64,000 bases of DNA from Candidatus Bathyarchaeota archaeon (GTDB lineage: Archaea; Thermoproteota; Bathyarchaeia; Bathyarchaeales; Bathycorpusculaceae). The stretch is from the NCBI GenBank assembly GCA_963827165.1, contig CAWGZR010000005.1, positions 672,001-736,000 of the forward strand, written 5' to 3'. Under the pieces are notes generated by a model that searched no databases, was not told where the DNA came from, and worked only from the letters and a program-made list of their open reading frames with translations. Positions 20,348 through 28,328 of this stretch are shown here, one piece after another (position 1 is the stretch's first letter; each line of letters opens with the position of its first letter). The translations under genes and the position numbers were made by a program.

Positions 20348-21391
20348 ATGGAGCAGTTTGAACTTGCAGACAACGTGAGGCTGGTTGTCAAAGAAAATGT
20401 ACTAGCCGTAATTTGTGATACTCCTTTAAAGACAGTTAGTTCAGCATTCTATCATGGCGGGTATAACCAGCTTAAAGCTGTCCTCAATGTAGGGGTGCCG
20501 GACGGATACAGTGACCGATCCTTGCACCTTGACCCGCTAGAACTAATCACCTCATCCGCCTCCAAACTGGGATTAACAAACGATTACCTCGCTATGGTCA
20601 CAGCCGCCAAAATCCAAAACTTCAGCCTAGTCACCAAAAAACTCGACGGCTTCTCAGTCAGCGTCGCCGCAACAGCAGGTTGCAAACACGGAGAATCAAG
20701 CGGCGAAGAAATGAATGTACAGGAAATCGCCGGAGGCACAATAAACCTCATCGTCTTCCTCGACGCTGACCCCACAGACAGCTGCATGGTGGCATCCGTC
20801 ATCACAGCAACCGAGGCGAAATCCGCAGTTCTCAGAGACTTTGATGTTCGCAGCTTCTATACAGGTGATTCCGCGACTGGATCCATAACCGACAGCGTAT
20901 CAGTGGTCTCTAACGGCAAAGGCAAAGCGATCAACTATGCTGGTCCAGCCTCAAAATTGGGCAAAGCAGTCGGCTTCTGCACAAAAAAAGCAGTATCCGA
21001 AGCACTCATCAAGCAAGAACCCTTCTGGGCAAGCCGAACCGCTCTTGACAGGCTCAAAGAGAGGCATCTTCCACTGGAGAAACTTGCCGCGGAGGTATCC
21101 AAAGTCGAAGGCTTAGGTGTCAATGCTGAGAGTTTGGCTGAAATTCTAAAAAATAAACCCGTTGCCCTCGCTCATTTGTTGGCGGCGGCAAAAATGGATG
21201 ACGAGATAAAGAAGAACTTGTTGACTAAAGAATTCGTTGATGCTGCTGACCTCAGCAAATGCTTCGGCAACCTGGCCAACGAAGTAAAGGATTGCTCTAA
21301 CCAGCCAAGTTACGATTCAGTTGATCTGCCACCCTTTCTGAAACATGTTTTAATCAAAATTGTGAAGAAAGCTCTTTCTGGCGATAGCTGA
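20348..21391 (+). CDS. cbiZ: Adenosylcobinamide amidohydrolase CbiZ with a C-terminal CobZ-like extension
   Basis: MVTAA, ATAG, GTINL, TATEAKS, ATGSITDS and YAGPAS CbiZ motifs, followed by about 120 extra residues. Confidence 0.85.
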   Translation: MEQFELADNVRLVVKENVLAVICDTPLKTVSSAFYHGGYNQLKAVLNVGVPDGYSDRSLHLDPLELITSSASKLGLTNDYLAMVTAAKIQNFSLVTKKLDGFSVSVAATAGCKHGESSGEEMNVQEIAGGTINLIVFLDADPTDSCMVASVITATEAKSAVLRDFDVRSFYTGDSATGSITDSVSVVSNGKGKAINYAGPASKLGKAVGFCTKKAVSEALIKQEPFWASRTALDRLKERHLPLEKLAAEVSKVEGLGVNAESLAEILKNKPVALAHLLAAAKMDDEIKKNLLTKEFVDAADLSKCFGNLANEVKDCSNQPSYDSVDLPPFLKHVLIKIVKKALSGDS

Positions 21392-21456
21392 AAAGACTTA
21401 AATAACTTGCAATTTTATTCGTTGGTTAAAACAAAGGTTACGATGGTGTATCAAAA

Positions 21457-22362
21457 GTGAAATTTGGCGTATTTCTCTATCAACCCGAGCCTGTTGAAGG
21501 CGTCGACTACAACTTTTACCGATTGAAATCTGAGTCAGGAATTGTTGGGAAACCTAACCCTGAAATGTACACTAACATCGCGTGCTTTGGCGATAATTTT
21601 ATGGCTGCGAAAAAGCCAGATTGGGTGTCTGTAAGCTCCTTTGGTCCTGCACTTCGCACAAACAAACACTATAACCTTCGCTGGGACGTCGTATGCATGA
21701 CCAACCCAGAAGCGCGAGAATACAACCTCAAGATTATCGCTGAAAGCGCCAAGGTCACCCCCGGCATAAGCATCAGTAGCCAACACTTTGCCGATCAAGG
21801 TTTCTGTACCTGCCCAAGATGTGTAAAAGAGCAGGCGAAGAGCGGCTTAAGTTGGCTTGACTGGCGCGCAAAGGTCGTAACTGAATTCTTAGCTGAAGTT
21901 AAAGAAAATGTCTCGGGCAAACCGCTGTTCGTAAACTGCTTGCCTGACCCGTTACTGGGCAAGGTCCGTTTTGGCTATGACTTTGAAGCCATGGCGCAGT
22001 ACGCTGACTACTTTGTCATCCCAATGTTCAGCAAAGCTTACCCAACCCCTTGGTACTGGGAAACAATCGCCAGAGGCTACAAGAGCTTCCTAAAAAAGCC
22101 TGTTTATGTGAACTTCTACGTTCGTGGTCCAAACGAAACATGGGATACCGTGGCACCAGCAAAACAAATAATGACGGTCGCCACTCGAGTTGCAAGACAA
22201 GGAGTCGATGGCATCATTTTCTTGGCAGAGAAAGCCGACTATATACGTGAGTTCCAGAAGAGATGCGTTGAAGACAAGGAAACACGCGAGTTTCTCAAAG
22301 ACCACAACGGTGACGAAGTTTTGGAGCTTTTCAACAGATGGGAAAAGATGCTTAAAGCGTAG
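21457..22362 (+). CDS. Cys-rich putative TIM-barrel protein, paralog B
   Basis: WDVVCMTNP, HFADQGFCTCPRC, WLDWRAKVVTEFL, LPDP..RFGYD. Confidence 0.6.
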   Translation: MKFGVFLYQPEPVEGVDYNFYRLKSESGIVGKPNPEMYTNIACFGDNFMAAKKPDWVSVSSFGPALRTNKHYNLRWDVVCMTNPEAREYNLKIIAESAKVTPGISISSQHFADQGFCTCPRCVKEQAKSGLSWLDWRAKVVTEFLAEVKENVSGKPLFVNCLPDPLLGKVRFGYDFEAMAQYADYFVIPMFSKAYPTPWYWETIARGYKSFLKKPVYVNFYVRGPNETWDTVAPAKQIMTVATRVARQGVDGIIFLAEKADYIREFQKRCVEDKETREFLKDHNGDEVLELFNRWEKMLKA

Positions 22363-22747
22363 CATCCCCTCTTTCTCGTCTGACTTTTTTTTATGATCCC
22401 AATGAATATGGATTATGTGTTTTTCGATCGATTAAAACCAAGGGGCTTAGGTCACTGGAAATTAGAGCACATGATCCCTCCCCCCCAGTTTGTCAATCAA
22501 ACCACGAGCGGATTACGGGCTTATCATTTTTTTCATAACAAAACAGACGCATCAAAAAAAACCTCGCCTCTAAAGGGCGCACTGTTTTTACTTCAGAAAA
22601 CAATAACAAAAATGGAATAGAATACTCGCAAATCTGTTTCATTCCTCGAAAGCTCCTTTATCTGCCTGTTTTGCTTTTTTGTGCCTTATTTAGAAAACTA
22701 TATAATTCCTCATGTCGTACAAGCAGTAACTTAAAGGGCGTATCTGC

Positions 22748-24133
22748 TTGAAGATTACTTTGGTTAATCCTCCTTACCCGCTGCATGTGCATTCGCATCC
22801 GCCGTTTATTCCGCTTGGCCTAGCCTATCTGGGCGCGGTGGCGGAGCGGGCAGGGCATGAAGTCAACATCATTGACTGCCAAGCTGAAAAACTACTATAT
22901 GATGGGTTCCGGCAGAGAATCAGCCAATTGAAATCCGATGTCATCGGGGTAACCGCCACCACGCTCCTGTATAAGTCAGCCATGCAGCTTATCGACATAG
23001 CCAAGGATGTGCAGCCGCAAGCAGTGACCCTGCTGGGGGGAAGCCACGGAACTTTCTGGGACGAAAACGCCCTCAAAGAGTTCCCGAGCCTTGATGTGGT
23101 TGTAAGACGAGAAGGCGAAGTGACCTTTATCGAGCTCCTCAGCAAACTGCAAATCGGCAGCAGCCTTGCAGACGTGCTCGGAGTTACCTTCAGGTCAAAA
23201 GACGGCACAATAATTCGCAATGAAGACAGACCATTCATGGAGGATTTGGATTCACTTCCGTTTCCCGCCCATGATTTGCTCCCGCTCGAATCGCTCAAAC
23301 GAATGGGCAAAATCCTTTTTCCACTCATTACCAGCCGCGGTTGCGTATACTGGTGTGACTTCTGTAGTACAGTGCGAATGTTTGGCAGAGGATACCGTTT
23401 CAGAAGCCCAAAAAACGTTGTCGACGAAATGCAATTGGTCCACGACAAATACGGCGTGGATCAAGTCACCTTCTATGATGATGCATTCTCAGTTAACCGC
23501 GATCGAGTTCTCAAAATCTGTGAGGAACTCCATGCTAGAAACCTTGACATGACATGGGACTGCGGAACACGCGTCGACATGGTTGATCGAGAAATGCTCA
23601 AAACCATGCATGAAGCAGGATGCATAGCTGTTTGGATGGGCGTTGAATCAGGTTCAGAAGCCATACTAGGCAAAATGAACAAGAAAATCAAGCTTGATCA
23701 GACACGCGCAGCATTCAAAACAGCAAACGATGTTGGTTTAATGACTATTGGAAACGTTGTGTTGGGCTTTCCAGGCGAAACTGAGCAGACAGCGAAAGAA
23801 ACAATTCGCTTTGTCAAGGAACTTAACCTTGCTGACGTCGGCTTCTACGTTGCTACACCGTATCCTGGGACACCAATGTATGAGCAGGTCAAGAATAACG
23901 GTTGGCTACGAGTCACTGATTTCGATAAATACGATACTGCGGGGCCGACATTCGAAACTCCTTGGTTGACCATGGAGAAACTTGCGGAAATCCGCTACAA
24001 AGCCTATCAGCAATTCTATCTGCGCCCAGGTTACGTGTTTCACATGATGCGTAAAGGTGGAACTTACGGTAAGTCAGCGGTGAAAACTTCAGGCGCTTAC
24101 CTGCTCAGAGCTTTGCATATCAGGCTGTCTTAA
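22748..24133 (+). CDS. Cobalamin-binding radical SAM enzyme #1
   Basis: N-terminal B12 domain (PLGLAYL, GGSHGT, EGE), TSRGCVYWCDFC, GVESGS, TPYPGT. Confidence 0.92.
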   Translation: MKITLVNPPYPLHVHSHPPFIPLGLAYLGAVAERAGHEVNIIDCQAEKLLYDGFRQRISQLKSDVIGVTATTLLYKSAMQLIDIAKDVQPQAVTLLGGSHGTFWDENALKEFPSLDVVVRREGEVTFIELLSKLQIGSSLADVLGVTFRSKDGTIIRNEDRPFMEDLDSLPFPAHDLLPLESLKRMGKILFPLITSRGCVYWCDFCSTVRMFGRGYRFRSPKNVVDEMQLVHDKYGVDQVTFYDDAFSVNRDRVLKICEELHARNLDMTWDCGTRVDMVDREMLKTMHEAGCIAVWMGVESGSEAILGKMNKKIKLDQTRAAFKTANDVGLMTIGNVVLGFPGETEQTAKETIRFVKELNLADVGFYVATPYPGTPMYEQVKNNGWLRVTDFDKYDTAGPTFETPWLTMEKLAEIRYKAYQQFYLRPGYVFHMMRKGGTYGKSAVKTSGAYLLRALHIRLS

Positions 24134-24496
24134 CATTCTAACGAAAGCCACAACAGCGAAAACCAGCACAATAGCGCTAAGAGAAACCGTTATCGAAGTA
24201 AAGTTTATTCCTACCGGCGAAAGACCCAAAAACAAGCCTGTTAACCCGTCTAAACCAAAACTCAACGCCACCGACAACACCGCCTGCTCCACTGGGTCAA
24301 CTCGGTTTTTGCCAATAAAGAGGACTTTTACTAAGCAGTAGCCTGGAAGGAAAACAACAAAAATAAAACCGAAAACATAACGCAAAACTGCAAACCACGA
24401 ATTTCCCGGAATAAAGTACGTCACACTTAACGTTAAAACTGTGAAGGCAACGATGATTTCAAGCCATTCAAGAGGTTTCAGGTTTTTTCGCTTCAA
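24089..24496 (-). CDS. DUF1616-like membrane protein
   Basis: FVVFLPGY...DPVEQAVLSVALS motif; likely TTG start at 24496. Confidence 0.75.
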   Translation of the reverse strand: MKRKNLKPLEWLEIIVAFTVLTLSVTYFIPGNSWFAVLRYVFGFIFVVFLPGYCLVKVLFIGKNRVDPVEQAVLSVALSFGLDGLTGLFLGLSPVGINFTSITVSLSAIVLVFAVVAFVRMLRQPDMQSSEQVSA

Positions 24497-24531
24497 AACT
24501 TTAAAAATAAAAAATAAAGGAAGGGTTTTTT

Positions 24532-25443
24532 CTACATAAACATCTTGTAGATCGGATGAGTTTCCTCGACTGGTCTTGTTCCAAGGTCGCCTGCGGCTGA
24601 AGCAACGTATGTGTCGGTTATGGCTACGGCGGGGAATATCCATTCAGCTTGCTCTGCGGGTCCAATCATAAGCCAGTTTGCGCCTACAGTCTGCATGATA
24701 GAGTTGGTTGAGGTTCTGCATCCGGGGCGGAATTCTTTCGCGACGTTTGCTTTGACCCAACCCATAGTTGTGACTACGTTTCCGCTGCCCAGGCCTACTG
24801 GATGACCATACTTCTCTTTCATAATCGGTATGGTTCTAACTGCTGTACCCATGTCTGGAGCGAACGCTGGAATGGCTGTGTCAATCAAAGGCTTTGTGAT
24901 TCCACCTTTTTCTGCCAACGCTAATGCTTCCTCAATGACCTTCATTTTACCTTCCATTGTGGTATCTTTAGGATCATCGGCAAGCACTATTGACATTTTG
25001 ACACCGCTTTCTTTCAAATTCGCCAATTCAGCATCGGTAACACCCTTGTAGACTGAATTGTAGAGGCATCGGTCTGCAAGACCCATCTTCTTAGCGATAG
25101 TGGCTGCAGTCATACGTGTCTTCGGACTCATCGCATCAAGCATTAATGGAGCATCGCTGTGTTTCGCAACGAAGTCAATGTATTTCTCAAAAGCCAACTC
25201 CGTAGTTCCAACAATGTCAAACGCAAACTGCACACCAGTAATGTCACTTTGATTCTGCATCGTGTTGATGATGTCTTCCGCAGCTTTAGCGTCAAAAATA
25301 CCCTTGTTTGCATCTTGAACCATTTTCTGGCCAAGCCAAAAGATGGATCCGATGAGAAAAGTCGGTAGTTCTCCCGGTTGTCCGCCTACTTTAGCTCTTC
25401 CAACAGTGTATATTTTCTGTTCGGTGTTGAATTTAAAGGACAT
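24532..25443 (-). CDS. MtrH-like pterin:corrinoid methyltransferase
   Basis: MSFKFNTEQKIY..VGGQPGELPT..GSIF, LYNS and KPLIDT match the MtrH/MtgA family. Confidence 0.88.
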   Translation of the reverse strand: MSFKFNTEQKIYTVGRAKVGGQPGELPTFLIGSIFWLGQKMVQDANKGIFDAKAAEDIINTMQNQSDITGVQFAFDIVGTTELAFEKYIDFVAKHSDAPLMLDAMSPKTRMTAATIAKKMGLADRCLYNSVYKGVTDAELANLKESGVKMSIVLADDPKDTTMEGKMKVIEEALALAEKGGITKPLIDTAIPAFAPDMGTAVRTIPIMKEKYGHPVGLGSGNVVTTMGWVKANVAKEFRPGCRTSTNSIMQTVGANWLMIGPAEQAEWIFPAVAITDTYVASAAGDLGTRPVEETHPIYKMFM

Positions 25444-25462
25444 TTTTCCTCATCCGACGGAT

Positions 25463-25891
25463 TTATTTTTTGCCTATAGCTTTTTTTGCGAGTTCAGGAG
25501 CTTCTTCCTTGTTTTTACCAAAGAATGCGCCCATGGCATCAGCGTCTTCCTTTTTGACGGCAGCACCGCCCATGATTATGGCGATTTTTCCTTTGAGGCC
25601 AGCTGCTTTTAATGCTTCATCTAGCTTTGCAAGATTGTTCTTAGCAGGCACGGTATTCACAGAAACAGCAATCAAGTTTGCGTTGTTCTCTTTTGCTTTG
25701 TCAACGAAAACTTGCGGGGCAACGCTTTTTCCGACGTCGATTGTTTTAAATCCAGCGCGTTTTAGTGACCTTCTGACTGCTTCTTTCGCAGTGTCATGCA
25801 TGTCAGGTTCGATATTGCCGATGACGACTATGCCGATTGGATTCTCTGGTTCTGGAGGCTCTTTTTCCATCATAGATTTAAGCCACGACAT
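25463..25891 (-). CDS. Stand-alone corrinoid-binding protein
   Basis: DMHDTAK (variant DxHxxG), GFKTIDVG, IIMGGA. Confidence 0.85.
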   Translation of the reverse strand: MSWLKSMMEKEPPEPENPIGIVVIGNIEPDMHDTAKEAVRRSLKRAGFKTIDVGKSVAPQVFVDKAKENNANLIAVSVNTVPAKNNLAKLDEALKAAGLKGKIAIIMGGAAVKKEDADAMGAFFGKNKEEAPELAKKAIGKK

Positions 25892-26010
25892 TTAAACACC
25901 TTTTTTCCTTTTTTGTTACTCTGGGCTTTTTATACTCGAGTTTCATATTTAAGCTTTGACCAATAATTTCATCAAACGTTAAAAGATACAACGAAAAGAG
26001 AGGGGCGAAA

Positions 26011-28320
26011 ATGTTCAAGGTAAGCCGAAAATATGTGCTACTGATGTTAATTTTCGTTTTCTCCTTCATTTACCGCGTTGCTTTGATGTTTTGGCAAAGC
26101 TTTCCACCGGGCGCTGACATTGGCTTACATGCCAGTGTGATCAACTCAATAACTGGATCCGGCAACACTAATTTCTTATATGATTATTTCCAGATGGGCG
26201 GAGGCCAATCCTTGACCTTCCCGGGATACCATATCTTTGCTTCTTCCATAATGCTCATGACCGGGTTAACCGATTATGTGGCGCAGGCATTAGTTGTAGC
26301 ATTATTTTCATCGTTTATTGTCTTAGCTGCTTTCTTGGTAACTAGAACTGTCTGGTCAGAATCAGCAGGATTTATCGTTGCCTTCTTAGTTGCAGTTTCT
26401 CGTTTTGACATTGAAATGCTCATGTGGGCTGGGTACCCAAACGTAGTAACTCTGTTTTTGATCCCTGTGACCTTCTATCTCTTTCTCCGAAGAGAAAGAT
26501 TCTCACTGACGCCGTTTGCTGTTTCAGGTTCGGTTTTGGTCGGATCAATATTTCTGACTCACTCGTTAAGCGCCGTCGTTTTTCTAGGTATAACTGCCTC
26601 GACCGCGCTTTTTGGTGTTATAGCTCCCCAAACGTTCGGAACGACAAGGAAAACTGTTCTAAGCTGGGTAATTCCACTGTTTGGAGGTGCACTTCTTGTT
26701 TCACCATTTCTCGCAACTGCTGTTCCTGCTTACTTGAGTGCTAACTCGTCTTTCTCCGGTGTAAACATTATCAATCAAGCGATAATTTCGACAAGAGTGC
26801 TTCCAATGGTTGAAGTATTAGCGCTCTTTGCCTGTCTTTTACCCCTCCTTCTACTATCCAAAAAATATAAGCGCCGATTCATTTCGCTTCCAACTTTTTT
26901 GATAATCATGTGGCTTTTCGTTCCATTAATTCTCACGCAGGGCTATTTGTTCGGGCTCATAGTTGACTACAATCGTTTCCTCTACTTCTTGGTCTTGCCC
27001 GTGATCATACTTTTCGCTATGATGATTGACCACGGTTCATCATATTTCGCACACCTAACGGTCACGTATCAAACTTTGACAAGTCAAATGCCGAAGACAA
27101 CCAAAGCTGCAAGCAAATGGGCAAAGCGAATATCCCATGGTTTAACTCGCAAGAGAGTTTACTCCGTCTTTGCGTTAGGCTTCATACTTATCTTTCTTGT
27201 GTCACTTCCGATCTTTCTCACTCCCTGGCAGGGAGTCACCATTCAAACCTTCTATCAAACTATGAATAAACCTGGCTACCAAGCAATTCAATGGGCAGAA
27301 CAAAACACCGCACCCGGATCTGTGTTTGTTTCTGACGCTCTATACGGATGGTGGCTTGGCGGCTTCGCGCAGAGACCAACATTAAGCGCAGTCCCACCTC
27401 AATATTTAACGGTTGACAGCGAGTTGGCGCCAGCAACTTTTGCCTCTAACCTGCTTGACACTGATTACATGATTGATAATGGTTACATTCAAGTTCGAGA
27501 AGACGGCGGGTACATAGGTAGACACAATCCGGAATTTCTGGCTGATCTCAACTGGACACCTTTCCCCGTGCCCTTCTTCCAGTTCAACGACAGCGAAATT
27601 ACTTTGCTCTCACAGAATGGAAGCTCTTTGCAGTCTACCGACGTAACGGACATGTCAGTACTCAACATGCAACTGGCCAACGGTGAAAGTCAAAACCCGT
27701 CTATTGTCGTTAACAAAGTGAGCAGCGACTTCAGTTACTCGGAAATTCTAACGGTTTCTCGCGGTATGACCTTCGCGAACATGACCATAGTACTCCAAAG
27801 CATTAGCAAGAACGTTTCTTTAGATTGGATCAACTTCATATTGAATGCACAAGGCCAATTTCTGCAACCATCCAACAATACAATTGCAATGTTAGATTCT
27901 GGCTTGAAAACGGTTGGTCAACTTGTTTTTGAAGGAAATCAACCGCAGGTGACGACGTTTAATTCGCAAAATCCCTGCGTCACTCAGCTTTCATACAACT
28001 TGAAAGGCAAATCATCCGCAGAAATACAGATATTCGTAGGTATCTATCCAGTTGGGGCAAGTGAGTTATCGAGCTCCGCGAGCTTGAACCAAGAATTAAT
28101 CGAAAACGCTCAAGACATGCAAAAACCCGCTGCTGGTTTGCCCATAACCACCTTTGATTATGGTATGGCGTTGCAGGCGAATTCGGTTTCTTATGTTGCA
28201 AATCGTGATTTTGGGGTGAACGCGAAATTTGCTGCTGATCCTGAATTTAGCTTGGTATTTATTAACAATGAAGTTGCCATCTTTAAAGTCAGGGCGAACA
28301 TCAATCAGAATGGAGGATAA
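26011..28320 (+). CDS. Multi-TM GT-C-like membrane protein with large extracellular C-terminal domain, paralog A
   Basis: About 12 TM helices, GADIGLH, FPGYH, WAGYPN, THSLS, then a soluble domain rich in N-glycosylation sequons. Confidence 0.65.
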   Translation: MFKVSRKYVLLMLIFVFSFIYRVALMFWQSFPPGADIGLHASVINSITGSGNTNFLYDYFQMGGGQSLTFPGYHIFASSIMLMTGLTDYVAQALVVALFSSFIVLAAFLVTRTVWSESAGFIVAFLVAVSRFDIEMLMWAGYPNVVTLFLIPVTFYLFLRRERFSLTPFAVSGSVLVGSIFLTHSLSAVVFLGITASTALFGVIAPQTFGTTRKTVLSWVIPLFGGALLVSPFLATAVPAYLSANSSFSGVNIINQAIISTRVLPMVEVLALFACLLPLLLLSKKYKRRFISLPTFLIIMWLFVPLILTQGYLFGLIVDYNRFLYFLVLPVIILFAMMIDHGSSYFAHLTVTYQTLTSQMPKTTKAASKWAKRISHGLTRKRVYSVFALGFILIFLVSLPIFLTPWQGVTIQTFYQTMNKPGYQAIQWAEQNTAPGSVFVSDALYGWWLGGFAQRPTLSAVPPQYLTVDSELAPATFASNLLDTDYMIDNGYIQVREDGGYIGRHNPEFLADLNWTPFPVPFFQFNDSEITLLSQNGSSLQSTDVTDMSVLNMQLANGESQNPSIVVNKVSSDFSYSEILTVSRGMTFANMTIVLQSISKNVSLDWINFILNAQGQFLQPSNNTIAMLDSGLKTVGQLVFEGNQPQVTTFNSQNPCVTQLSYNLKGKSSAEIQIFVGIYPVGASELSSSASLNQELIENAQDMQKPAAGLPITTFDYGMALQANSVSYVANRDFGVNAKFAADPEFSLVFINNEVAIFKVRANINQNGG

Positions 28321-28328
28321 CTGGCTTC

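Noticed and set aside
22363-22747. Cobalamin riboswitch or ncRNA in long intergenic gaps (also 49566-49978)
   Set aside because: No B12-box or convincing structure recognised by eye; an Infernal/Rfam scan would be needed.
24532-25443. Evidence for methanogenesis or a full Mtr complex
   Set aside because: Only an MtrH homolog; no mtrA-G or mcr genes in the window.
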